Of a stretch of DNA of 40,372 nt, positions 1 to 9,262 are shown in pieces (the stretch's first letter is position 1; each line of letters opens with the position of its first letter). The DNA comes from Tolypothrix carrinoi HA7290-LM1 (GTDB taxonomy: Bacteria > Cyanobacteriota > Cyanobacteriia > Cyanobacteriales > Nostocaceae). Where the stretch lies: contig JAHHIK010000079.1 of NCBI GenBank assembly GCA_019358935.1, positions 1-40,372 of the forward strand. The letters run 5' to 3'. Both the position numbers and the translations under genes were made by a program. Below the pieces are notes generated by a model that was given only the letters and a program-made list of their open reading frames with translations, had not been told where the DNA came from and did no database searches.

Positions 1-1366
1 CGCCCCCCCACCCGCCCCACCCGGGCGCGCGCGCCGACAAGGAAGACGAGGAGACAAACTCCCCCTGCCCCTTGTCCCCCTTGTCCCCCTTGTCCCCCTT
101 GTCCCCCTTGTCCCCCTTGTCCCCCTTGTCCCCCTTGTCTAAGAAAAAGTCGCTCCATAACAGCGTTACTAAAATGGCTGCTGCTGGCATTAAAGGTAAA
201 ACATAACTGGGGAGTTTGGTGACAGCAATGGTGAAAAAGCTAAAGACAACAATAAACCAGATAAAGGCAAATAAACCAAGTTGTTGAGAGCGTTCTTGAG
301 AGCGCCAGTATTTTATTTGCCAAAACTTCAGTCTGGCGATCGCAGCCGGCAAGTAAACTGAGTATGGCGCAAAGCCTAGCAGTACTACTACAAAGTAAAA
401 ATACCAAGGCGCTTTGTGACCATTAACGACTTCTGTAAAGCGTTCTAGGTTGTGATAGCCAAAAAACGAGTTAATATAATTCCAACCATTGCGCCAAATT
501 ACCAACACATACCAGGGTACTGATAAAGTAAAAATTATCAGCATCCCGATGATAAAGCGCATTTCTCGCAATACTTCTCGCACCTTCCCCACGTAAAGCA
601 GAAACGCCGCGATAATCAGCCCCGGTAAGACAATTCCCACCGGTCCCTTAGTCAAAATCGCCCCAGCAATTAGCACATAAAAAGCTAAATACCACTTATT
701 CGGCAATAGCGATTGGCGATTAGCTTTTAGGGATTGGGAAGAATTCACTTCTGTATCTCTTTCCCATTGCCCATTGCCCATTGCCCATTGCCCATTGCCC
801 ATTCCCTCGTTTGCGTATCCCAGAAAAAAGCATAACAAAGCTGTTGTTACGCATCCAGTTAGCAGCATATCTGAGACACCTGTTCTTCCCCAGACAATCA
901 TTTCTGGAGTCAGTGCCATGATAGCGGCTCCTAAAGCAGCTGTTAACCAGCGTCGAGTCGGGCGAGAAATATGCTCTAACTCGTCTTGTCTTGCCAGATA
1001 CATGAGCAAAGTGTAAAATGACAGACTAATCACTGCGATCGCGGCGATCGCACTTGGCAGACGCACTGCCCATTCATTCACACCAATAATTGCATAGGCG
1101 ATCGCCTGACACCAGTAAATCAAAGCAGGCTTATCAAAACGAGTTTCACCATTGAAAAACGGCGTGATCCAATCACCCGTAACGAACATTTGGCGTGAAG
1201 CTTCGGCAAACAGCGGCTCAGTCTCATCAATCAAGCCAATACTGCCCAAATTCCACCCATAACCCACCCAACCAATCAAAATCAGCCAGAAAATCGATAA
1301 AGTCACGGAAAGAGCCGGACGCTTTCCTAAATTGTTGAACCATCGGTCAACAGCGCGATTAGTCAT
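1..1366 (-). CDS. ArnT/PMT-family (GT39/GT83) membrane glycosyltransferase, 3' end runs off the window
   Basis: Not in the ORF track because there is no stop in the window. Manual translation from ATG at 1366 gives ...GSIGLIDETEPLFAEASRQM...FDKPALIYW...LTKGPVGIVLP...TKLPSYVLPLMPAAA, typical ArnT motifs; the frame stays open through two repeat insertions. Confidence 0.85.
   Translation of the reverse strand, partial: MTNRAVDRWFNNLGKRPALSVTLSIFWLILIGWVGYGWNLGSIGLIDETEPLFAEASRQMFVTGDWITPFFNGETRFDKPALIYWCQAIAYAIIGVNEWAVRLPSAIAAIAVISLSFYTLLMYLARQDELEHISRPTRRWLTAALGAAIMALTPEMIVWGRTGVSDMLLTGCVTTALLCFFLGYANEGMGNGQWAMGNGQWERDTEVNSSQSLKANRQSLLPNKWYLAFYVLIAGAILTKGPVGIVLPGLIIAAFLLYVGKVREVLREMRFIIGMLIIFTLSVPWYVLVIWRNGWNYINSFFGYHNLERFTEVVNGHKAPWYFYFVVVLLGFAPYSVYLPAAIARLKFWQIKYWRSQERSQQLGLFAFIWFIVVFSFFTIAVTKLPSYVLPLMPAAAILVTLLWSDFFLDKGDKGDKGDKGDKGDKGDKGDKGQGEFVSSSSLSARAPGWGGWGG
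68..139. repeat. 9-bp tandem repeat (TCCCCCTTG) x8, read in frame as (DKG)8 in the ArnT gene
   Basis: Directly visible; frame checked. Confidence 0.9.
762..806. repeat. Heptamer STRR (CCCATTG)n inside the ArnT gene, frame-preserving
   Basis: Translates as GMGNGQWAMGNGQWE between FFLGYANE and the NKWYLAFY segment. Confidence 0.85.
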
Positions 1367-1485
1367 TGGTCATCAGTCATTAGTCATTAATTACTAGGCA
1401 GCGCGATCGCTCTTATAACAATCAATAGTTACTAGTCAACCGCAACTAGTCAATAGTCGTTGATTACTTATGTTTTGTTCTTTGT

Positions 1486-1797
1486 CATTGGGCATTGGTA
1501 ATGGGTAATGGGTAATGGGGAATGGGTAATGGGTAATGGGTAATGGGTAATGGGTAATGGGTAATGGGTAATTGGTCAAGAGTTAGTGGGTAGTAGTTAG
1601 TTGTCCCCCAAGTCCAGTGGACACGTTCTGAGCTCCTCCACCCCCCTTCGGGTTCGCCACTTCGACGGGACGGAAACCGACACCGCCGAGTGGACTCACC
1701 GCACTCGCGCTCGTCCTCCCCTTGTCCCCCCACTCCCCCTTGTCCTCCTTGTCCCCCTTGTCCCCATTCCCCATTACCCATTCCCTATTCCCCATTC
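1486..1797. repeat. Intergenic STRR cluster: (GGGTAAT)n, CCCCTTGTC-type 9-mers and CCCATTC heptamers around a small GC-rich dispersed repeat
   Basis: Directly visible tandem heptamers and nonamers, typical of Nostocales intergenic DNA. Confidence 0.85.
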
Positions 1798-1799
1798 GA

Positions 1800-2384
1800 C
1801 TATTGACTCAGAATTAATTGCCATTCTTTGCCTTGAGCATTCCAAACAGGTATCGAAGTTTCGCCGACAACATATGGTCCCCAGTAACGACGAGAACCAT
1901 CTTGGGCAAAAGCGACTAAAATATCTCCTTTCTCTAGCTTTAAGTTACCCTGAGGCAAAGAAAGAATTAGCCCCTTTTCATTACCTTCTCTGGGAGCAAA
2001 ATCCCAATGCGCCGGCACATCGAAAGAGTTAGTTTGAGTTTTCTCGCCTTTTTGAGGCGATCGCGCAAGCATTGCCAGTCTTACAGGCTGATCTGTTTGA
2101 TTGCTCATTCGCAAACTACCTCGATCTCCTGCCTTTGGAGCCGAGTTATCATTACTATATGTTAAGACGGAATTACCAGTCTCTTTACTGCTGTCTGCCT
2201 TGTTATCAAAAACAGGTGCAGAATCTGTTATCTGGTCTTCAGGCTTGTGTGTAGGCGGTAGAAAAGATTTTTCTGGCTTTTCTGACTCGAAAGACACACT
2301 TACTTGAAAGTATGCCAGCAACAGTCCAAGCAGCCCCAAAGCACAAGCCACGACAGTAGCGTTACGATACACTGACGATTTCAT
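1800..2384 (-). CDS. Hypothetical protein with N-terminal membrane anchor, low-complexity linker and a C-terminal beta-rich domain
   Basis: 194-aa ORF with a hydrophobic N-terminus and an ordered C-terminal region (PAHWDFAP...RRYWGPYVVG). Confidence 0.75.
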   Translation of the reverse strand: MKSSVYRNATVVACALGLLGLLLAYFQVSVSFESEKPEKSFLPPTHKPEDQITDSAPVFDNKADSSKETGNSVLTYSNDNSAPKAGDRGSLRMSNQTDQPVRLAMLARSPQKGEKTQTNSFDVPAHWDFAPREGNEKGLILSLPQGNLKLEKGDILVAFAQDGSRRYWGPYVVGETSIPVWNAQGKEWQLILSQ

Positions 2385-2725
2385 ATTGATAATTATTAGA
2401 AATAAGTATTTTGTTTAGGCTTGCCCAAATAGTAGCCTATTATGCAAAAAAGCAACTCAAAAAAATTGCCTATTGTAGACTCTCTTTAAATTAGCAGATA
2501 AAATGTATCAAAAATGTCATTTTGAGCAAAAGTATACCCGCTGGGAAGTAGCCTCAACAAAGCTTTTCAGCTTGGCTCAATACGACAAAATGTATAATCT
2601 TTTATTTACGCCAAAAAAACCAATAGACATCTACAATACTATTCAAACAAACTTATGCTCAAAACGATATTCTCTCTAGAGAAGTATTTTATGATATGTT
2701 GACTTTTCCATAAAAGTCTGAGTCA

Positions 2726-3058
2726 ATGCAAAATACTCGTCTCAATAATCTATCGAATGCCATTGCTACCCGCTTAAGAGAATGGTTTTTCAATCCTTGG
2801 CGGCGACTATCGCTGTTGTTGATTAGTTTTTTGTTCGGTTTTTTTTTGGGATCGGCAGTTGCTACCACAGCCGGACAAACTGCTGAATGGGATATTGTGG
2901 TAGCCGGAACTTTAGTAGTAGTAACGGAGGTTAGCAGTAGAATATTTTACCGTAGCAGCATTTTAGCAAGGCGATCGCTCTGGATAGAATCCCTAAACTA
3001 TTTAAAAGTTGGTTTCACCTACAGTTTATTTCTCGAAGCCTTCAAGCTGGGATCGTGA
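2726..3058 (+). CDS. ycf20: Ycf20 / DUF565 family membrane protein
   Basis: MQNTRL...NPWRRLSLLLISFLFGFFLG...K.G..Y.LFLEAFKLGS signature. Confidence 0.88.
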   Translation: MQNTRLNNLSNAIATRLREWFFNPWRRLSLLLISFLFGFFLGSAVATTAGQTAEWDIVVAGTLVVVTEVSSRIFYRSSILARRSLWIESLNYLKVGFTYSLFLEAFKLGS

Positions 3059-3059
3059 G

Positions 3060-3262
3060 GAGTGGGGGAGAGGGGGAGAGGGGGGGATGGGGGGAGGGGG
3101 GGATGGGGAGACAAGGGGGACAAGGGAGACAAGGGAGACAAGGGGGACAACTAAGCACTACCCACTAACGACTAACCACTATCCACTAACGACTATCGAC
3201 TAACAACTATCCACTATCCACTAACCCTTAACCAATTACCAATTACCCATTACCCATTACCA
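3060..3262. repeat. Intergenic STRR tracts (GGGGAGA/GACAAGGGG, CCACTAA, CCAATTA types)
   Basis: Directly visible. Confidence 0.8.
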
Positions 3263-4183
3263 ATGCCCGACTTTGACCAATTACGCCTTTTAAAATCTGT
3301 CTACCCAGCTTTTAGCGAGTTTTGCGAAACTAGCCTGCATCGTCAAGCCGACGCGATGTTAGATGTGTTGCGGGATTTGTGGCTACCTTTGGCAATGCAA
3401 CTAGCATCGCGTCGCCAGCAGTTGGGGCGTCCATTTATACAGGGAATTTTAGGAGGACAGGGAACCGGGAAAACGACAATGTGCGCGGTTCTCAGCTTGA
3501 TTTTGAAAGAGTTGGGATATCACACGCTGAGTTTATCATTAGATGACTTATATAAAACTTATAGCGATCGCCTGAAACTAACACAGCAAGACCCCCGCTT
3601 AATTTGGCGCGGTCCCCCAGGAACCCATGATATAGACTTAGGCTTAACTGTATTAGATCGAATTCGCCAGTTACAAAATCCAGTAGCAGTTCCCCGCTTT
3701 GATAAATCTGCTTGCGGCGGTGCGGGTGATAGAATCACTCCAGAAATTGTCGAAGGTATAGATATTGTTTTATTTGAAGGTTGGTTTGTTGGCGTGCAAC
3801 CCATCGAACCCGCAGCATTTGATACTGCACCACCACCAATTCTTACAGATGAAGACCGGGCATTTGCTCGTGACATGAATCGCCAATTAAGCGATTATCT
3901 ACCACTGTGGCAGCGATTGGACAGCTTAATCGTGCTCTATCCCAATGATTATCGATGCTCTTTAGAGTGGCGGCTCCAGGCGGAACAGCAGATGATTGCT
4001 GCTGGTAAATCAGGAATGAGCGAAAAAGAGATAGAGCAATTTGTTTATTATTTTTGGCGTTCTCTCCATCCCGAATTATTCATCAAACCGTTAGTAACAA
4101 TGCCGACATCAGTTGATTTAGTTATCGAGATTAATATTGACCATAGTTTTGGTGCAGTTTATCAACCAAAGGATGTTTCTTAG
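3263..4183 (+). CDS. D-glycerate 3-kinase (plant/cyanobacterial GLYK type, P-loop)
   Basis: GGQGTGKTT Walker A, SLDDLY, RGPPGTHD, PRFDKS...GDR and LFEGWFVG motifs. The true start may be further upstream or the gene N-terminally shortened by the repeat tract. Confidence 0.85.
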   Translation: MPDFDQLRLLKSVYPAFSEFCETSLHRQADAMLDVLRDLWLPLAMQLASRRQQLGRPFIQGILGGQGTGKTTMCAVLSLILKELGYHTLSLSLDDLYKTYSDRLKLTQQDPRLIWRGPPGTHDIDLGLTVLDRIRQLQNPVAVPRFDKSACGGAGDRITPEIVEGIDIVLFEGWFVGVQPIEPAAFDTAPPPILTDEDRAFARDMNRQLSDYLPLWQRLDSLIVLYPNDYRCSLEWRLQAEQQMIAAGKSGMSEKEIEQFVYYFWRSLHPELFIKPLVTMPTSVDLVIEINIDHSFGAVYQPKDVS

Positions 4184-4202
4184 TTTTACATCTTGCACGC
4201 CT

Positions 4203-4322
4203 TCGCCTTCAGGCTAAAGCCTGAGGCTATACGAACAAAGTCCGCCTACGCGGACTCAATGCCTAAAAGCCTGCCTCCGCAGGCTTCGTATGTATAGCCC
4301 CAGCATTCTATGCTGAGGGCGA
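4203..4322. repeat. ~120-bp multi-hairpin dispersed palindromic repeat (REP/MITE-like)
   Basis: Four short stem-loops nested in a GGCTATAC...GTATAGCC stem; related copies at 9067-9187 and 26390-26446. Confidence 0.75.
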
Positions 4323-4472
4323 CAAAGCGCAAAATCACAAAGAAATAATATGAGAATTTGCAACGGGAAACTACTACTCGTGCATTGGGTAGAACCCGTT
4401 CTAGTTATAGCGATTAGGTCGTTTAACTTCAATTTAAAATAGAAGTAAGTCAGAAAACAAACACTCTTCTAC

Positions 4473-4829
4473 ATGAAAATACAGTCATCAGTGCTAGTCC
4501 ATCTGGGATTCGGAAAATACGTGCGCTCAGATCAGGTAACAGCAGTCGTACCAATTGAGGAAGAGCGCGGACCTGGGCGGCGAACCTTCGTTCATCTACA
4601 GGGGCAAAACGACCCAGTTATCGCTTCGCGGGCTGAAGACACCATCGTGCGTGATTTGGTGCAGGAGCCGCGAGAAGTTACTCAATCACGTCAACAGCAA
4701 GAAATTCTCCAAGATTTATTGGTAGATTTAGGCAACGTTAACTCAACTGTGCGGCGGATCAGTCGTGATGAAGGCGGTTTGGATCTTGAACGGTTGGAGC
4801 GGCGCATCCGCCAAGTTTTAGAGAATTAG
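4473..4829 (+). CDS. Small hypothetical protein upstream of spore photoproduct lyase; N-terminus resembles RemA/DUF370
   Basis: LVHLGFGKYVRSDQVTAVVP resembles the RemA 'INIGFGNIVSANRIVAIV' pattern; the C-terminus is helical. Confidence 0.65.
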   Translation: MKIQSSVLVHLGFGKYVRSDQVTAVVPIEEERGPGRRTFVHLQGQNDPVIASRAEDTIVRDLVQEPREVTQSRQQQEILQDLLVDLGNVNSTVRRISRDEGGLDLERLERRIRQVLEN

Positions 4830-4836
4830 TTAAATA

Positions 4837-5985
4837 ATGGGCGTTTCCCGAACCACGGAACCGCCCTTTTGTCCTCAAGTGATTTTTAGCGCCAAGCAAT
4901 ACGGAGATGATAGTATGCAGGCAATTGCAGATAATCAAGTTGCGCGTCAGCCTCGTTTGTGGATGCCCGATCGCGTAGTATTTACACCCGCAGCCTTAGA
5001 AGAATCTTATGGGCAGCAGATATTACAGCGCTTCAAGTCTCTTAATTTACCTGTAGAAGAGTTGCCGCGAAATCGCCTGACTGGTTTGCGGGGTGAGAGC
5101 GATCGCGACACTTATGATATTGCCAAGCGTACTCTCGCAGTCGTCACCGCACCCCCCAGCTCTTTCAAACTTAGTCCCATCCCCCCTTCCGCCGACTGGC
5201 AATTTCACATCGCCGAAGGTTGTCCGGCACATTGCCAATACTGCTATCTCGCAGGTAGTTTGCAAGGTCCGCCAGTTATCCGCGTCTTTGCCAACTTGCC
5301 GCAAATATTGCAAAATCTCGCAGCATACGAGCAACCGAATAAAGCCACGAGTTTTGAAGTCAGCTGCTATACCGACCCCTTAGGAATTGAGCATTTGACA
5401 GGCAGCCTCGCTGAATGCATTCGCTACTTTGGCACACGGGAGAACGGATATCTGCGTACTGTTTCCAAATTTGACGGAGTAGATAATTTACTCGACTTAC
5501 CGCACAACGGTCATACGCGCATGAGGATGAGTGTCAATGCTGCGCCTGTTTCCGGTCGTTTTGAGGGCGGTACTGCACCAGTAGCTTCCCGGCTTAATGC
5601 CTTGCGGCGCTTGGCGTTACCTCAGTCAAAAGGTGGTGGCGGTTATCCTGTGGGGTTGGTAATTGCCCCAATTATGCCTATAGACGATTGGGAAGTACAT
5701 TATACTCGTTTATTTGATTCTATCAGTGAAGCATTAGATTTTGATTGTGACTTGACTTTTGAGTTAATTTCCCACCGCTTCACACCTGGGTCAAAAGAAG
5801 TATTACAGACTTGGTATCCTCAATCAAAGCTGGATATGGACGAAGCGACACGCAGCGTTAAGCGTAACAAGTTTGGCGGCACAAAGTATGTATACGATGG
5901 TGACACAATGAAGATGCTGCGCCGCTTTTTTGAAAGCGAGATTCAACGGCGTTTTCCTCAAGGTCGCATTCTCTACTGGACTTAG
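4837..5985 (+). CDS. splB: Spore photoproduct lyase family radical SAM protein (start probably at 4915)
   Basis: PSADWQF...GCPAHCQYCYL (CxxxCxxC), FEVSCYTDPLGIEH, LPHNGHTR, ELISHRFT and KFGGTKYVY all match SplB. Confidence 0.88.
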   Translation: MGVSRTTEPPFCPQVIFSAKQYGDDSMQAIADNQVARQPRLWMPDRVVFTPAALEESYGQQILQRFKSLNLPVEELPRNRLTGLRGESDRDTYDIAKRTLAVVTAPPSSFKLSPIPPSADWQFHIAEGCPAHCQYCYLAGSLQGPPVIRVFANLPQILQNLAAYEQPNKATSFEVSCYTDPLGIEHLTGSLAECIRYFGTRENGYLRTVSKFDGVDNLLDLPHNGHTRMRMSVNAAPVSGRFEGGTAPVASRLNALRRLALPQSKGGGGYPVGLVIAPIMPIDDWEVHYTRLFDSISEALDFDCDLTFELISHRFTPGSKEVLQTWYPQSKLDMDEATRSVKRNKFGGTKYVYDGDTMKMLRRFFESEIQRRFPQGRILYWT

Positions 5986-6053
5986 TAGAAAAACCCATCA
6001 TACCTCGTTCCTTGCCAGAGGTAAGGAACGAGAAAAAATATTTTTCACGATTG

Positions 6054-6083
6054 TAGAGACGTGGGAGTGTGGAACGTCTCTAC
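6054..6083. repeat. GTAG-type REP-like hairpin between convergent genes
   Basis: GTAGAGACGT...ACGTCTCTAC inverted repeat; a similar one lies at 25132-25161 and another REP-like hairpin at about 10684-10717. Confidence 0.65.
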
Positions 6084-6114
6084 GAGGGTTTTTTGGTCAA
6101 ATGAGGGCGATTTT

Positions 6115-7569
6115 TTATTGACCCAACCGAATTTTCTCAAGTAACTCATAAAAAGGTTGCCAATTATCCTCCTGAGCGATCGCTTCCCAAACCGATTCAA
6201 TCACAGGTCTTAATAACGGCGTTTGCGGATTATAACGAGTTAAACACTGACCAATTTTTTCTACCTCTTCTGGAGTTAAATTAGTCAAAATTCGATGATA
6301 TATACCAGACCAATTGACAAATAACTCTGTTGCTCCTAAAGATTGCCCAATCTCAGAATCTCTAAGAATATCGCTGGCATTATCTCCCCACTTGGTAGAA
6401 AAGCTGCTAGCCATTTCCGCAAAAAAGTGGTGATAACTAACTGGATACATCTTTAAGAATTCAATAGTTGCCTTTAAAAGTTCTTCAGCATCTGATATAG
6501 GCAACTGCTCAAAACCCAATTTTTTCAACATTAAAGAGCGATATTCATTATGATAATGCTCATCAAAAGTTGATAGCCCAGATTCCATGTCATTTTGAGC
6601 AAAAACACTTTTTAACGGTTCTTGCAGCATTTCTAAATTCAACTTGCAAACTAACGGTTGATGGCTGTAGGAGTAGCGCCCATAATAATCGAAATACGCA
6701 GCCACAAAGTACGGATCGTAACTGGGAATAAATGCATAAGGTCCATAGTCAAAACTCTCACCCGTAATCGACATATTGTCAGTATTTAAGACGGCATGAC
6801 AAAAGCCCGCTGCCATCCATTGCGCTGCTAGTTCTGCTACGCGCTTAACTAATTCTGCATAAAATAAAGCGTATTTATCTTGTTCTGTAGCGATTTTTGA
6901 GTAATACTGTTCAATTACGTGGTCTAAAAGCCTTTTGGTTAAATCTGGACGTTTAAGATAATGCAGTCGCTCAAAAGTGCCAAAGCGAATATGAGATTTG
7001 CTCATTCTTACCATTACTGATGAGCGAGTCGGAGAAGGTTCATCACCGCGCCACAAAGATAAACCTGTTTCAACCAAGCTTAAACAGCGTGAGGTTCGCA
7101 CACCCATATAATGCAGCGCTTCTGCCGCGAGAACTTCTCGCATACCACCTTTGAGTGTGAGCATTCCATCTCCACCACGGGAGTAGGGCGTTCTCCCAGA
7201 ACCTTTTGTGCCAAAGTCGTACAATTCGCCATCAGTGCCGCGTACTTGCCCGTAGAGAAAGCCTCTGCCGTCACCCAAGCCGGGATTGTACTCACCGAAT
7301 TGATAGCCGTGGTAACGCAGCGCTAACAATGGTTTGCGCCCTTCAAATTTGCCAAAGGCGACGATAAAATCTTCGTCTCTTACGAGTTGGGGATTTAGCC
7401 CCAAACGCGGCAGAAGTGCGTCGTTACGCCAGCGCAGGGTATGTTGGGGAAATTCTGCTGCTGCAACTTCGTCGTAGTAGTCATCCCCCAGAGATTCTAA
7501 AGCTGGTTCGTAGTTGAGAGCAACAAAGGGATTGTTAGAAGCGTCGTTTTGAGTTTCAGCCAAAGTCAT
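6115..7569 (-). CDS. selO: Protein adenylyltransferase SelO / YdiU family
   Basis: YHGYQFG...[29 protein letters not shown] and [24 protein letters not shown] motifs. Start taken at MTLAET (7569). Confidence 0.92.
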   Translation of the reverse strand: MTLAETQNDASNNPFVALNYEPALESLGDDYYDEVAAAEFPQHTLRWRNDALLPRLGLNPQLVRDEDFIVAFGKFEGRKPLLALRYHGYQFGEYNPGLGDGRGFLYGQVRGTDGELYDFGTKGSGRTPYSRGGDGMLTLKGGMREVLAAEALHYMGVRTSRCLSLVETGLSLWRGDEPSPTRSSVMVRMSKSHIRFGTFERLHYLKRPDLTKRLLDHVIEQYYSKIATEQDKYALFYAELVKRVAELAAQWMAAGFCHAVLNTDNMSITGESFDYGPYAFIPSYDPYFVAAYFDYYGRYSYSHQPLVCKLNLEMLQEPLKSVFAQNDMESGLSTFDEHYHNEYRSLMLKKLGFEQLPISDAEELLKATIEFLKMYPVSYHHFFAEMASSFSTKWGDNASDILRDSEIGQSLGATELFVNWSGIYHRILTNLTPEEVEKIGQCLTRYNPQTPLLRPVIESVWEAIAQEDNWQPFYELLEKIRLGQ

Positions 7570-7705
7570 TACGAGCCAAACTTGGTATATTCTTTCTTTA
7601 ATACTACCTCTGGTGGGAAATGACAGCACTTTTGTTAGCTTTAATTGAACAAGGCTCGCTAAAATTTGTCTATGGCAGCGCCACCTTTAAAATCTGGAGC
7701 GCAGA

Positions 7706-8359
7706 ATGGATAAACTTTGGCAAATAAGAAACAAGTTGACTCAATTAGCAATTTTAGATACAACATTTCAAATTTTTGGCTCAGAATCACACCAATATCA
7801 ATTCAACCCTTGCTTGGAGGAAGCTGAAATTGAAGCTTTTGAAGTTAAATACAATATTCGGCTTCCCTGTGAATATCGAAACTTTTTGCTAGAAGTTGGT
7901 AATGGCGGTACTGGACCAGGATACGGTTTATACAGGCTACCAGATTTGGAAAATGAAAGTGAAATAACAGCAATACCGAGTAAAAAAAATGAAGGTTTAT
8001 TGTGCAAACCATTTCCCTTAAAAGAGGCGTGGAATGATTTAAGTTTGATGAAAGACAAAGCTGATTCTGAAAGCATCCCTTACTTTGATAGCAAATTTGT
8101 TCAGGGAACTATCACCATTGCACATTATGGTTGTGGTATTTACGCTATGTTAGTTATTACTGGAGAACAAAAAGGAAAAATCTGGATAGATGACCGGACT
8201 AATGATGGTGGTATCTATCCTGCTACTTTGAATTTTTGTCATTATTTCCATGCTGACGATCCAGATGACTTTCAATCATCTGAAGAAGAACAGGAACCTT
8301 TAAGTTTTTATGATTGGTATGAGGACTGGCTGAACCAAAGTCTACTGCAAGTTCTTTAA
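7706..8359 (+). CDS. SMI1/KNR4 (SUKH) family protein
   Basis: EAEIEAFEVKYNIRLPCEYRNFLLEVGNGG, HYGCG...LVITGEQKGKIW and SFYDWYEDWL motifs. Confidence 0.85.
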   Translation: MDKLWQIRNKLTQLAILDTTFQIFGSESHQYQFNPCLEEAEIEAFEVKYNIRLPCEYRNFLLEVGNGGTGPGYGLYRLPDLENESEITAIPSKKNEGLLCKPFPLKEAWNDLSLMKDKADSESIPYFDSKFVQGTITIAHYGCGIYAMLVITGEQKGKIWIDDRTNDGGIYPATLNFCHYFHADDPDDFQSSEEEQEPLSFYDWYEDWLNQSLLQVL

Positions 8360-8472
8360 TTAAAGCCTAATTTAGGCGAATGGGTGCATCTTATACGATT
8401 TGGGAGCCAAGGATTTGGGATTTGGGATTGTTATTTGAAAAAAACTTTATTTTACCTTTTATTTTTTGGTTT

Positions 8473-9039
8473 CTAAGGTTGCCAGTTAGGATTTGTCAAA
8501 CTCGTGAGAATGTGGTCTTGCCATTGTCCATTAATTAATAAATAGTCTCTCGCATATCCTTCAACAACAAATCCTAGCCTTTTGAGCAAATTGCCGCTAC
8601 GCTGATTGTGAGGCATATAGTTTGCCATTATCCGGTGTAAATTTAATTCTTGAAAGACATATTCAATTGCTGCATTTAGTGCTTCTGTCATATAACCTTT
8701 GCTTTGTTCAGTTTCGGCAATACTGTATCCTACAGAGCAAAATTGAGCGGCTCCCCGGATAATGTTACGAAAGTTGATATTCCCGATAATTATTGTTGGT
8801 TCTGACTGAACAAAAATAAATAATTTTAATGCTAGGTCATTGATAAATTCTTGTAAATCTATCTCTACTTGTATTTGCCAATATTCTTGTGTGAAAAATT
8901 TTTCGTTCCACTGAGGATAGAATGGTGTAAGATAAGTTTTGTTTTCTGTGAAGTAGTTTATAATTTGCGGTATATCATATGTGGTCGCTAGTCGTAATAA
9001 TAGGCGATCGCTTGTTATCAATGGCAGTTCAAATATCAT
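8473..9039 (-). CDS. rimJ: RimJ-like GNAT N-acetyltransferase
   Basis: VGYSI...KGYMTEAL...LNLHRIMANYMPHNQRSGNLLKRLGFVVEGYARDYLLINGQWQDHILTSL. Confidence 0.8.
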   Translation of the reverse strand: MIFELPLITSDRLLLRLATTYDIPQIINYFTENKTYLTPFYPQWNEKFFTQEYWQIQVEIDLQEFINDLALKLFIFVQSEPTIIIGNINFRNIIRGAAQFCSVGYSIAETEQSKGYMTEALNAAIEYVFQELNLHRIMANYMPHNQRSGNLLKRLGFVVEGYARDYLLINGQWQDHILTSLTNPNWQP

Positions 9040-9066
9040 AAAAATACGATTATATTTGGGGAAAAA

Positions 9067-9187
9067 TCGCCCGCAGGCTGGAAGCCGCTGGCTCTACGAA
9101 CAAAGCCTGCCTGCGTGGGCTATAAGAATTTTAGCCCACGCAGGTAAGCTCTAGTTCGTATAGCTGCACCCTTCTAGGGTGTGGGTG
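9067..9187. repeat. Multi-hairpin dispersed palindromic repeat, same family as 4203-4322
   Basis: Shares the GGCT.TACGAACAAAG..(T)GCCT.CG arrangement and the terminal CACCCTTCTAGGGTG hairpin. Confidence 0.7.
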
Positions 9188-9262
9188 TTTTCATTGGGAC
9201 GCTCGTTGTATAAAATAACATCATTGGCATCAATATTTATGTAAATTCACGAAATTACGTCT

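Noticed and set aside
1..40. Extremely GC-rich start as a distinct element
   Set aside because: Low complexity next to a repeat tract at the window edge; more likely a low-quality contig end.
1485..2032. ORFs 1485-1781, 1583-1795 and 1601-2032 as genes
   Set aside because: Translations of STRR tracts (PITHYPL, GQGGQG) or antisense to a real gene; the same applies to 774-1016, 3009-3203, 15901-16128 and 16086-16319.
4390..4403. TAGAAC-CC-GTTCTA palindrome as a LexA box upstream of the SPL operon
   Set aside because: Spacing does not fit the GAAC-N4-GTTC or cyanobacterial GTAC-N4-GTWC consensus; it may still be another operator.
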